64,000 bases of DNA from Balanoglossus misakiensis. Taxonomy: Eukaryota; Animalia; Hemichordata. Shown here piece by piece: positions 12,953 through 26,321 of the stretch. The DNA is taken from the NCBI GenBank assembly GCA_040954595.2, contig CM082577.2:1488001-1552000 (forward strand), read 5' to 3'. The position numbers and the translations under genes were made by a program. The notes beneath the pieces are model-generated. The model saw nothing but the letters and a program-made list of their open reading frames with translations. It ran no database searches and had not been told where the DNA came from. Each line of letters opens with the position of its first letter. Position 1 is the first letter of the stretch.

Positions 12953-15900
12953 CTCCCACTCTCTCTCTAACATTACGAACTCTTCTGAATCTCAAACTAT
13001 TTAAAATGTTTCGACTTGCAACGTGGGCGCGACGAATGCGCTCTGCATTCTTCTCTGCATTTCACCCCGGGTTCGCAACACAAACTCGGGCGGATTAAGA
13101 TCACATCTCATTTTATCACCTTTGATTGATTTAAGATCTGGTTCCCGCACCGGGCAGAGACGCCGTGTCGCGACACCACATGTTGGTGGAAGACCACAAT
13201 GAGATCATCTCCCGTGAAATTACAGTGGGCTAAATCCTCCCTTACCTGCCCAAACGAGCCTATTTAAACGTCTCTCCCCCGATTCGTAAACAACTCATTC
13301 ATTTCTGGCCCGATGACCACTGGAGTGCCCAAAGATCAGAAACACTTAGGCGCCGAGTGCCGTCCATAAGGTGAACCCTTTTGCCAGGTAATGTGAGTTC
13401 TATTCACTTCCAACCATTGTTAGGCGGCGCGCACAACAGTAACCTTCTGTGCAAATCAAACGGAAAGAATGCCACAACAGTCGCCAAATTGCCACGTTTC
13501 TGCAGTATGCGCTCCATAAAAAAGGGGGGATGTCAAGACGCGCAAACATAACCGGTGACCTTGGATCAGTTGCGGGGTCGGGAGGCTTCCAACGATGGGT
13601 CCTTACCTCGCCATCGCTGAGAAATACCATCGCCCGGACAACGGTCCCCCAGCCGAGCCTATTACTCCGTGGCTTCGGTTTATTCCCCGTAAGTTGTTGC
13701 CCTGAAACGAGTTGAATGCAAGGCATTGGGTCCTTTTTTCAAAAAGGGATTGCATTTCACCGGTCTTGAATGCACGCTCGTTATGATAATCCAAATCGCA
13801 ACCCAAGGAAGTCACGCTTGTGAAGGATAAAATCGTAAAAGCCTTGAAGCCAGTTTATATAGTCGCCACGCCACCTGTTGAGTATCATCGCAAATTATAA
13901 GACTTCTTGCAGTTTTCGGAGTCTGTCGACTTTCAGTTGTACACTTCTGGTGAATATTTTAATTCAAACTATAGACCACAAGATCACCGTTTTGATATTG
14001 TCCACTCGTGTTCGAAAGTGTTATAATTTCACCGCCCATACATGATCTCCGCTTTAATCTACAGAACTTTTGATAAGCTTAAAGCACGCCAGATACATAG
14101 TTTAATTACCAGACACCCGAAACATTTCTCTCCTTACATTGAGAAAAACATATTCATTGACTTCAGAACGATCGGATTTATTTTTAACGGAAATCACGTG
14201 ACCCGGTTGATAGAGTCCTTTGCTGGCGAGAACGTGTACGATTTACGAGGCAATTTTGCAATCGGGCGGCGCGATGTTGCGCTATACACATATCCCTAAC
14301 AGCATTGATTAGGTTTTTAGGCGACACAGAAGGCCCAGTCAAGAGACAGTGTGTTAAAAGCACAATTAATCTCACTGCATGGTTTATCGCGAAGCTCTTC
14401 AAATGAAGATATATACACGGTGGCTAAACACATACAGAGTATTATATAAACCAAAGCGGGCAAATAGCCCTCCTAAAGCCATGTGCGCTTCCTAAGTGAC
14501 ACATTGCGTACTGTGGTTAGCAAATCCAATCGTAAAATGACTACACACCATCACATATTTTGTCGGGAATGACACCACAGACATAGATTCATCACGTTAC
14601 CCCATGCATTTCCAAGTTTCACCATCATATCTGATTTGCGAGAAAAGACTTTCCCACCATCGCGACTTTTGATCTCGTTTGAGAGTTAACGATTCCCGAC
14701 CGTCACCTTCAAAATTGCGTGTGCCGCTCGCATTCAGACAGTTTACATGCAGTCACATCAATCGTTTTAAGACGTTTTCCATTTAGATCTAAATCACACC
14801 AAACAAATTTGTCCAAAACACATCAATATTTAGATTCATGATATGTGTGGTCGTCTTCGACTCGGAGTGTCTGTCGTCTTTCAGTTTACTACGAATTCTC
14901 CGTTTCCCGTGGTAACGCAGACGCAATCACGCACTACGGTCTACGTTCAACTTGCTCGGAAATTCACAGATTCCGAACAATCTAAACAAAATGTTATTCA
15001 AGTGAAACTGTTTTAATTGATGAAGCGTTCCAACTCTCTTTTTTAATATACAGTCGTGAAAACTTCCGAAAAGCCGTTTATTTATGACTTTTCCCCGGAC
15101 AAATTCATGTCTCTGGGATAAAAACACGACTCATTTCTCGCATTGGACAAACTAGCTACCACTATCTATGTTTAGCTGTCTCTCTCTGTCAGCGCACGTA
15201 CATATACATACACATATGTCACTTTGAAATTGACGAGGAATTCAAAGGATTACTGCAATGGCACTGACATGGTCAAGGAAGGCATTTTAATTGTTGCATA
15301 AATTTACGTTGATGTGTTCAGGAAAACGATTGGAGATTGATGGGACTCGATGAAGTTGGTGAAAAATTCACGTTGCTACAACGCACAATTGATTATTTTG
15401 CTAAATGTTGGTCTTTTCGATAAAGTGTTCGCTCGACTTTAATATCAATCGTTAAATTGTCGCAAGCTTGATTTACACAATCATGAAATATAGATTCCTT
15501 TCGCGTATACGCAGTCTCCAGCGACTTGTGGGGAGTCTGATGATTTCTGTCAACGCGGAGACAGAATGATATAAAACTGCATATCAGACGGTTTGGGAAT
15601 TTAAAAACACCGGAACAAATTAATCCCATAACGGACTTGGCCAATGGGATTAACACCATGATCCTTTAAGCTATTACAAGATTATCCCTCCATCTATTGA
15701 AGTACATAAAACAACCTGTGTGTTTGTCGCTGAGGCGATATTTGTAAAAGGTTTCCCTGCGATTTTCTAGAATTTATTTCTAAAGACCCATCGACGCCAA
15801 GTATCCATAAATCAGCCACTGGTTGTTTGAGAGTTTTTGGGTGGCGCGGAAGTCTCCCACAAGTAGCAGTAATCCTCTCTTTGCTTCGTAGATTTGGATT

Positions 15901-17704
15901 ATAAAGCCGTGGCGTTAGAGCGTCCCTACCGCCTCCACCGTTGCAAATCCCGATGGATAAGCCCCACTATGGGAATCTCATCGGGCCGAATTTCTCGTGC
16001 CCTGTCAGTTTCGTCTCAGCGCACCGAGTCGGTACCACCGTTTTTATTGGTCTCGTTATCTCGCGTTGAAAAAAGGACCCTAATTCCCTTGTTTGTTTTT
16101 GCGTTGTCTAAATTACGACACATCACGCCTTCCCAGCAATGCACAATAATGAAATACCGGAGGAAGGCAAGCTCGCCAGCGATTGCACTTCGATAAATTC
16201 CCGGCGTGGTTGGCGTTGGTAGGTATATAGCTGGGACAACGTAATCTGACGCCTTATTCGGTTGTTTTGCAATATCCAACGTGGGATTAGCCTGGCTTTG
16301 CTCGCTTCTGTTTTCATAAAGGTGTGATTTTTTTTTTCAAATATTCATATTGCGCGGTTTCGAGAATGTGGGAACTGGTATACATAACGGACGAGTTACA
16401 ACAGAAAGGCGGGACCATCGCTGAATGGGGGGGGGGGGGGGGGCAGCAGTCGCTGCCTGTTTATATACTACAAGCCGGCTGTGTTGTCTCTTGTATTAGG
16501 AGAATGTTGACGTGACTCTTCAGAGGGTCCTTTAAGCACGATGTTTAGCTTATTATCTCGAGTGTTTTAGATAAGTTACAGTGCCATTAGGGTACTCTGT
16601 TTGTACTGCAAGCGTCTCGCTGACTCGACCAGCGGAGAAGCGATCGGAATAAATGGCCGGTATTTTGTGTCCACGATCCAGTTGCGGCCCGTGCCATACA
16701 GTCTGCGCGTCCACCCTCTTGAAAAACAATTTGAGCACACATCTGATACATTTTCGAGTGAGGTTCCCATGCCTGCTGTTATTTCACTCGCTCCATTGTA
16801 AACAGTAACACGATGCATCTTATTACAAACTATTGGTATAGATGCACTTACTTCGCGCCCACTGAGAGGCGAATGCGCGCCACCACCTATTACAGAAACG
16901 CTAGATGGGCCAGAACGCATGCAGCTGGTATGGTTCACTGGTTAAGGGTGGCAGGGGGGTCCTGTCCGGTTTTACTTTCTCGGGGATAAAAAAAATCCGC
17001 CCGGGGATAAAAAAAAATTCAAGTTTTTGCACTTTCTCCGGACTGGCCGCATTGCTGTAATAAACGCAGGGCCTCTCCGGTGCAGTGGTTTAATTTCCAC
17101 GGGAGCGCGCGCCGGGGATGGGTCGGGATCACAGATAGCACTCGTTACACACATTGGCCGTGTGACGTGTATACGCCAAACAAAAAAATGCGTGCGTGTA
17201 ACGTCCGCCCTTTTAGTGTCCGGCTCCCACGCCGGTCCACTGCCAGCGTCTAGACACACTGTCGCTACATTTATTCATATTGTTGCCATGGCTACAAGAA
17301 TGAAATTTCATTTAAATTGGGGGAGAGAGAATGTTTAATTAGCTGGAAAGTTTTCCAACTTATTCATTGAGGAGCCGGGGCTCACACTGAAGGGATCGTC
17401 TGCTAAATGTATGTACGCCCGCCAAGTCTACGAATGCATTTGCCAGCATTGACAGAGCCAATATATCCACACTCTGCGAGCGCTGCTGTGCGGATCATCT
17501 CAAAGTGTAAATCATGTCGCACGGAGGTAAGCAACGCGGTCTGCCTGCTGCATCACACATGTATGCATTTCTATACCGTTCCGCTGACGGCTAGCTATTT
17601 TCTGGATACTCCCGGAGCTAGATTTATTTTGACAGCGTCATATAATCGTATTTCCTCTTCATTTCTCGTCTCCGTTTCTCTTTTTTTAAACCACAGCCGG
17701 AGTC

Positions 17705-18397
17705 ATGACGCTGCAAACGGAGACTGTGTTTTTGGTGATAGTCGTTGTACTTCTCGGGGGGAGTCACTGTCAGCCGGACTTGCTGCTCGACAGCTCGCCC
17801 CCGAAAACCCCCAACAAGAACTGCAAATATCTGGATCTCCCCATGCTGGATCTGCAGACCATCGGAGGATCCCAGTACACGCCGCCCGCCCACGAGCTCG
17901 AGGATGAGAAAGCGCTGCTTCGTCTCATAGGAGACGACTTCGACGAGGAGTTCATGAGCATCGGGCGGCCCAAGAGGAGGAGGCTGCCGGTGGAGTGGAA
18001 GCTGCAAGGCGACATGCCGGAGCACATCAGGAGGCAGAATCTGAGGCGGTACCCGGACGGCACCAACATGAGGCTGGGGATCGCCTACTTGCACTCGCGC
18101 AAGAAATTCCGCAAGTGGCTCTGGGGGAGAACGCACTGCCCGGTGAAGTACGTCTGGAAGAACCTGGGGAAGCGGTTCTGGCCGCGGTGGCTGAAGATCG
18201 GCGAGTGCTACCAGTCGAAGGAGTCGTGCTCCATCCCGTCGGGATTGTCGTGTTTGCCCAGCAAGTCGACATCGAAAAAAGTGCTCTTCTGGGGCTGCAT
18301 ACGGGACCCTCGAATCGACGACATGTACTGCCGGTGGATCCATGTGCCTTACCCGATTATGACCGAGTGCCGCTGCGGCGGTAACTGTGACGATTAA
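17705..18397 (+). CDS. nog: Noggin (secreted cystine-knot BMP antagonist family), 230 aa; 237 aa if the upstream mini-exon 17514-17526 is used
   Basis: Signal peptide (VFLVIVVVLLGGSHC). Noggin motifs LPMLDL, LLRLIGDDFDEEFMS, KFRKWLWGRTHCPVKYVWKNLGKRFWPRWLKIGEC, SCSIPSGLSCLP, FWGC, CRWIHVPYPIMTECRC. The Cys5-Cys6 loop is short (10 aa), as in canonical noggins. Confidence 0.93.
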   Translation: MTLQTETVFLVIVVVLLGGSHCQPDLLLDSSPPKTPNKNCKYLDLPMLDLQTIGGSQYTPPAHELEDEKALLRLIGDDFDEEFMSIGRPKRRRLPVEWKLQGDMPEHIRRQNLRRYPDGTNMRLGIAYLHSRKKFRKWLWGRTHCPVKYVWKNLGKRFWPRWLKIGECYQSKESCSIPSGLSCLPSKSTSKKVLFWGCIRDPRIDDMYCRWIHVPYPIMTECRCGGNCDD

Positions 18398-21300
18398 AGC
18401 GGGGCGAAAAAAAGTGAAATCCTCATATTATCACCCCAGCAGAATTCAACAGAGGAACTCGATACGCTGTTGAAGTTGTGGATAAACTTCTGTGTATTAA
18501 AAAACTCGAAGTCGAACCCCTTGCCACGTTGTATTAATATCAACCCGAACATTGTTTACCGACGGACGGACGCTGTATGAGCGAAAGCGAGTCTCGCAAT
18601 ACGTTTGTAGACTTCTTCTGTATATAGAGAACAGACGATGTAGATATAACCTTCCAAGTTTTGTAAATTTTGTAAGTAAAAAAAGATACATATTTCTTCA
18701 AGGAGAGCGATTTTCTGCTCTTCCTCGTATTATAGTGCACGGTATCCGATCTCTTGGTCGGCGCATGACCCAGTTGGTAGCGAAAGTAAGGTGGTCTAAC
18801 TACGCCGTTAAATGGTGCGTTGTGTAGAATATATTGTATTGACACAGATAAGCCAAACAAACAGACGGCAACAAATAGCTTTCATTGATGGAGTATTATT
18901 GGTTGCGTTTCCAATGACCTGTTCAAAGTTTAGACTACGCGGTTGGGGAAGAAAGCAACGTGTCTCCTTCGCTCACGAACCCGTTCAGTTCCTCTGCCGA
19001 ACCCCTCACCATAGGCGATATATATACTTCGAGGGGTTAACACTAAAACCGCCATATCTAGGTAAATATTGACAAGGAGAAACCGGAGTAACCGAAGTTT
19101 GTTGTTCTCCATTCACAAACCAAAAAAACATTTGTTATTCGTGTTTGCGCCAATGTTACGCAGTAAGTTGGAGAAAAAAAGCAGCCTGTCTTTGGGAACC
19201 GTGCATATAGCCTGTAGCACACGATCATGACAGCCGTCGTCGACCGTCAACAAGTGGACACTCATTAGAACATTCCAAACAAACTTGGAGAAAAAAAAGT
19301 TAGTTGAATCTAGAAATGAATAGTAACGGACTAACTGGCACCATTTAAATCAACACTAAGCTTCTAACCCTCTAACGAGGTCCCGAAGGTTATCTGCAAT
19401 ATCTTATCCGTCTACCTGTTTTTCAAGCATTTACAATCCATGTACAAGTGATTGCGGCATGCTCCAGCGCCTTAATCCACATCCACGCACTTCTTCTGCA
19501 CATGCATGGCGGCGTTTAAGTGCCACTGCTCAACGAATACACATAATACAAAAGTTTCATGCAAGGCTTGCCGCGCATAATACGCCGGCGTATTGAATAC
19601 TGGACCCCTCTCTTTATTGATAGAGATCCTTTCAACGTGTCCGTAATGAAGAAAAATCCGCTACGTCTCATCCCAGATTCGCTGACAATCCCATTTGTCA
19701 CAGAGTTTGAAAGGAAAGATGTGTACAGTTTAATTTTTAAAAGAAACACAATAAAACTTTATTTATTTATCGAGCCTGGCGTATAGAGGGTGGATATTTT
19801 TGTATGCCGTGCAGCGTGTGACAGGTTTTTAAAACCATTTCGCTTTGATCAAATAAGCATCTGATATGCATGCGCATCGGTGCTTGTCGTCTGCGAGTCG
19901 AGTTAACAGAAAAAAACGGGGCGGGAAAATGGTCTCTGAGTGGTTTGCATGAGCCCCAGGGCACCCCACCCTCCCCGTCCATGCCCCCGGGCGCAACTTT
20001 CTGCGGGAAAGACAATCTTCTTTCACCTAAGTCGCCAGCTAACGCTTACTTGAATGACCCCAGTCATTGAAGTAACTGGTTAATTTGAATGGCACAAAGT
20101 TTGAGCGTCGGCGGGCGCGTTAGGTTTCCGCGGTTAGATTCCCATTGAACTTGCGGTCGCCGAGAGTTCCTGAAATGAACGGATACATAGGCTACTATGT
20201 ACATACACCGGCGTTCATTGGAAGTTGTAGTGGCTGGAGCCGTGGACACAATTGCGGCCCATTAAAGAGAATATGAGGATGCTCCGGGTGATATATGGTC
20301 AGCCGCTAATTAGGGGCGACGGCAGAATCATACCATATGTCAAACCACACACACCGGGGGAACGATAGGGTAGGCTGGCGTTGCAGCCCTGTGCATGTAG
20401 TCAACGGTATTGGTGCAGGAGTGAAACCTTTTCCGACCCGTGCCGTTGGTTGTTGACTCTCAAAGCACGTATGTTCAGGCCACCTTAAAATATTTCCGCT
20501 GTAAATGCTTCGCAAAAAGCACTTGATCCCGCCCAACATTCTTGGCACCGAGTTAACATAAACGATATTCCCGGCCGCGTTCAACGAAAACACGATAGCC
20601 GGGGAGGATGTATTTCGCTGAAATGCTATATTGGCACTAAGAAAACACCGACCAGTCCAAAGTGGTAAATAAACACAGAGGCCATGGCACAGATACAAAA
20701 ATATACTGCGTGACGACAGATTTGGCGGCTAAACGGCTTGTCGTTGCGGCGGGACAAATTAGTACAACACATGTGAATTGGAAATGGCTTCGCGTCCGGC
20801 GTGTGCCATGGTCTAGTGACAGTTCGGAGGTAGACCCGACACTGACTCGTTTTCCTCGGTGGAAATCCAAACACGCGTTTTGGGATTTCTGTATTCAAGA
20901 AGGCAAAAAAAAACATAGCATGTGAATGATCAATGATGCCATTTCATGGTTAGCGTAACATAGGTGCTTTGCCCGGAAAAGGCTCATTTGTTATTAATCA
21001 CCGAAAACGCACGGTTTGACCAACTTTCACTTTACTGTGACCGACTTCCGCAATGCACACCAATTTGACATCTACTCTGTATGAATTTCAAAATTGCGAA
21101 CTTCTGAGAAGTCAGCGACATGTAATATATTTAAACGTTGACGAGGGGACGAGACGAGACTCGCCCAGCGCTTTTACTGAAACCCCGGCCTGTTTCTTCC
21201 GTCAGTCAACGCGTCGACGTATACACGGGGGTGTCTGTCCCCGTTCGGGTCACGGGGTAAGATCCCAATCGTGCAATCATACACATAATCCCTGACACAT

Positions 21301-24300
21301 AATCTGCCAGTCGTGGTTCGGAGAGGCTGGATTTTAAAAGAAGTCGGTCGCTGGAAGACCTCTTGTAAATTTAAATTTAAGCGTGGTGCCAGTGAGTATA
21401 CTGGACGAGCTCCGTCGTTAATAACATCATGTTTACTGGCAGTGAACCGGTGGAGATATTCCGGCTCACACCGCGGCTGGCGACATAAACCGATGCCCAG
21501 CTGCTAAAAAGAATTTGAGCGGCGTCAACTTTAAGGCGGTCGACGAGACAGATTCGATCACCATACCAAAAAGTATTTTTAAAAAGGCATGTTTTGAACG
21601 ATTAGTGGCACCAAACTGTATCCATTGGTCAAAATCTGATTTTGATTACTACAGAATAAATTGTCGTCTCACGCGCCAGTGGAGCCAGCGGCGATGTCCA
21701 CCCAATAAAATGTAGCAATGACTACGCACAAGTGCGACAGGAGAAGGAACGGCTCTGCAGTCTAAAAGACCCCCTCCCCGTGGGATTTAACTGGGTCAGT
21801 GTTATTGATGACACCATCCACCGTTGTTAAACGTCTTTTGTGTACACGATATCGTTTGATGGTGCAATTATTGGTTTTGCTAAGGAATTCTAATTATCGG
21901 ATAATGACTGGGCGCTGGCATCAAAAACACGAGATAAATAACAGTGAAAAAGGAATTGAAAGTGTGATTGGAATATTTGTCTAAACAGGCCGACAGAGAG
22001 TCGCCCCGGTTGCTCCCAAAAGAAAGCAAACATCCCAGCGTTGCCGGATCATAACGTTACACCAGCACTGAAAACTAGCCAGAGTTTTGTTTATTTAGTC
22101 ATTAAAAGAAAAAAAAAGTGGAGGGGCGTTCAACGTGACCGAGGAAGGTTTCGTATTTTACACATTTCAGATATAAGTGATAACATATCAGGAATCGCTT
22201 TATAAACCGTTCGCCGGGAGAAATGTGGTGCGCCTTTCCTCGGAGCCGAGACGCGCGGGGCCGGAGTCGGACAAGGCGGGGGTTGAGTCTCTTCCGCGGC
22301 CGTAGATATGTCAGAGTTACACCCGCACAAGTCATGCCTATAGTACTTGCGCTAAGGTCTACTCGTCGTCACCTTTCAAGGTTGATTCCCATAGGAAGCG
22401 TCCCCAGTCCCCCATTACCGAGACTAATGAGGGTCTTCATGAGATTGCCGGAGATTTATTTTGTAAGCCGAGAAGAAACTGTTTCCCATGGGCATTTTTG
22501 GAAGGTTTTTCGCGACTTAATATATCTGGGGTCCTATTAAGAGATAAGGATATATCCGATTGGACAAATTACTCCCCAGCGGCAGCCCGGGACGCTCTGT
22601 TGTCAACACGAATTACCGCTGACACGCGTGTGACCGCACGCAGTGACCGACCGCCACGCCACAGTATGTGCGTCGCTACCGTTGCGTCGTAGGTGTTCGC
22701 AACAACAGAGGGGGCTTGTCAACTATCGGTAGTTTCTATGGAAACCGAAGCTACCGTTCAGTATTACACTAAGCACTGGTCGCTATAATTTTGTAGTGCG
22801 TGTAAACTATATTTTTTAACTTCGCAAAATTTTAGCTTGGTCCATTTTTTGCGATATAGAAAATGGTTTTCGAATTCAGCTCATTTTTTTTCAAGTTATA
22901 TTTTAGCAATTTTACAACGAATCAACAGATAAATTAGGAAGAAGCCAGATTAGGTATATTTCTTGTATTTGTCTTTGATTGTTAACTGATATCCGCTAGA
23001 CAAAGGCCACCAGCAAAGGACACTGTGTGTGTATTACAGACAAAATGAAGAAAAGGGAATTAATTACCCGCACATGCATGCAGTGAAGCCACGACATGTA
23101 GTGCCCAAGGCAAGATTCTGTGTGGCATTGCGCATTTAGGAAGTGGGGTGTCGGTGATACTGGGGAAGTTTGAAATTCCTGAACACGGACATTCAACTGC
23201 TCAGTGGGAAGAGATAAAAAGTAAAAAAAATCTATCTTTACGAGACAAATCAACAAAATCTGCTGATTCGGTGGTTCGTTTTACGTGCCTAACGTCGTGC
23301 GAAATGGCCCGGCTAATTATTGGCTAAGTCGTTCCAGCTGATCGCTTGGCCGTTCTCAAGCACGTAGCCGTGCTCGGCGGAACGATAGGGCAGCGTATCT
23401 GTGAGTTTGATCATATCATCGTTGGTGGCAAAATTGGCGGCCGGGGATCGGTGGGGACTCGACCTCAAGAGCCCCCGCCCCCATCGTACGCTGACATCTA
23501 CCCCGTGTTTGTTGTGCGCAGCGGCCAAGGGGGAACGTTAACGCCACCAGACTTTCAAGTCGCTTGCACGCGACAGCTTTCAACTACACGTTTACAACTG
23601 CCGTTTGCCACACACACACGCACACACCGGGCGCTAGATGTTTGTCAGTCGTATGAAGTTACCAGATTTAGAAGAGTGGCGATAGGCATGGGGTCGTGGT
23701 ACTCCAGATTGAAATTTGGAGGCTGAAATGTAATACGCCTTCCTCGTCGTGATCAATATTCCTGGTGTTTTCCCCTTAGCAAACGCATTTTCATCCATCG
23801 CGATCTGGGCGTATTACCAGTGGCCGAATTCGACGTGCGATCTGACAGCGTCAGCTTTAAAGGGGGAATTTCCACGTTTCAGCTTAGTAAAACCCGCGAT
23901 TCAAATACCATAAACAAAGTACTTGTAACTGCATTGTGTTCGAATTGTTTTCTGGGGTATATTTTACCTCGTTCACACGGGGCTAATTTTTGTACACCGA
24001 CATCAGAGAATATCAGATCGACCCCCTGGCTGGCCACCAGCACGTGGCTGACGAAAATGAGCTACCCCGAGATCTGGCTGGCGCTCGGTGACGAATTTGA
24101 GCGGCCCTGCTCTTAATTGAAGTAGTTGTGGAAGCCGTTCAAGAGGTTCTCACGCGGTAGATTTTCAATTTGGTTTTCGACCAAGAGTGGAAAGTTTGAC
24201 CCAAGCACCGCGTCGTACGACAGAAAGCTGGTTGACATTCATCGGCAGCGTGCCGAGAGTCAGCCCGTCCCGAGAACGGAAGGAAGGCGGGGCTGATTCG

Positions 24301-25667
24301 ATTAACGGCGCCGTGATGACTTCAAATGTACGAGAGGTGCATGACATATTATTTCATTGACGGCAGGACTTTGTTTACTACTGGGACCAATTCTTTGACC
24401 CCTCCCCCTCTCCTCATCCCCACTGTCCCCTCAAGACCAGCACCTTAGGTTCTTCGGATGCATAAATATTTTGTCAGGTTTGACTGTTGCGAGATGCACC
24501 TACCGAGAATGTCATGAATCAACGTCCACGCCGCGACAGTGAAGTGTGTTCTGGACCGATCCCGGGAAAATTGTCCGGTTTTATTGGTCCGTGGAATCAG
24601 TGTTTTCCTTTTCTTGTGTAATGCACGATATAAATCTTTACACGCCCTTTTCGTAATTCAATATGGAGCCCGGATCTTTTCTGAACTTTTTTATTGGAAG
24701 GTTAAGTCAACTTTTCTGAAGTTTTGCAGCTCCCCTCGAGAAGAGCTGTCGGTGTTGACCTATGACCCCAGGCTTGTAGTCTCGTATCGTTATGTACATG
24801 TACTAGCAAGGAAACCATTGGTTACAAGCTAAAATGGGTACTACCAGTATTTGCATAATCAGGGATTTCACGTAATTGACAGCCATGGTAGTGTAATCGT
24901 TCATATGTTGTATATAACAACACAAGCTAAAACTTAAAACACAGTCGTCTACCCCGTCCCGATAGTGCATGAAATAATTGCGATCGTGGTTCCAAAATGT
25001 TGTTTACGGTCACTGAAATCACCGACTGGTGAATTGGATTCAGTAAGGCGTCATTAAAGGTTCAAAGTACATGAAATCAGTAGAAACAAGAATGTCCAAA
25101 ATACCCAGCGAAAATCACATATTCGTGTTCAAAGTTTCATGCTCAAAGAAACAGCGGAATGTTGTATGCATATTCTGGCATGAAAGGGGTTTTCGACTGG
25201 GTTATCGTTGCAAATATTGCACGAATTAACCACAGCCCGCCAACTTGGAAACAAAATCGCTGCAACTTGGTTTATTTACCTTGAAAGATGTTTGTGGTTT
25301 TGTCCCAAGGTTGAAACACTATGAAAGACTTCCTTATTTTGCAGTCGCATGAAACTGATCCCTGTGTTTTCGCGAGCGAGTGCTGAGCCGTACACACATA
25401 CTTAAAATGTTTCGAAACGAATGTTTGAAATCCGGGTAATTGCTGGTGTCCTTCGTGTTTTTCTTTAAAAGTGCGCGTTTGTCGATATATCATTGGTCAG
25501 TTCTCTATGTGTGGCTGACCATCATTTGCCGTAAACACAACGTGCATGATTGAAATTATATACTCCAAGCTTGTTCAAACGAAAAACAAATAGTACACGA
25601 TAGACCAAGACATTATTTAGAACATGAATTAGAAATCACATTGAGCTGAAATAATAAGAAAAGTACA

Positions 25668-26321
25668 TTATTACACCTCACGTATTATACCATATTCGTG
25701 ATTGGCTGAGACGCGCTCACGTGATATAGAAAAAAAAGTGATATAACATGGCTAGAGTTGATAAAGCCCTGTCGCGTGCACTGATATTGCCCGCTGGGTT
25801 GTTCTGTGTTCTGCGCGCGACTTCTGCGCGTTCCAAACTGTCGTTCAATGGCTTCCTCCACGATCAGTCAACTCCCGCATCTATGGCTTCAAAGCGACAC
25901 ATAGGCTTAACACCTGTTCAACTGGACGATATTTTACCACAAACGGACAGTAAATACAACAAAATCGCAACCAACAGTGCAGTATTTTCAAAATAATCTA
26001 AGTTCGAAGTAGGTATCGTATAATTCTTGGGAGATCGAGACATTTTACATTCTCAGCAACGTACGACATATGGACGCGCGTCTACGTTCTTCTATGCCTG
26101 CCTTGTATGTACGTTCAAATGTTCGGCGTAATAAAATTAATAACACATGATGCTCGGGCAACATCACGATTTGAAGCCTGCCCTCGGGCTGGTGATCTCT
26201 GACCACAATATTGATGATACCCTCGCCTGCGGCTCGGGCATCATCAATATTATAGTCAGAGATCACCATCCCTCGTGCAGGCTTCAAATCGTGATATTGC
26301 CCTCGCTATCATGTGTTATTA
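25668..26321. mobile_element. Non-autonomous interspersed element ending in a long imperfect hairpin (Crypton-like, inferred)
   Basis: Inverted arms of ~83 bp span 26138-26321 around the loop TCGCCTGCGGCTCG. GATTGGCTGAG lies near the other end, and a 6-bp TTATTA direct repeat marks both putative ends. No coding capacity. Confidence 0.55.

Noticed and set aside
12808-13098. ORF with an (SL)n repeat
   Set aside because: Translation of the (CT)n microsatellite.
17624-18343. 239-aa antisense ORF and other overlapping frames on noggin
   Set aside because: Shadow ORFs caused by GC-rich codon usage of the real gene; the same applies to antisense frames over the kelch, noggin-like and adaptor exons.
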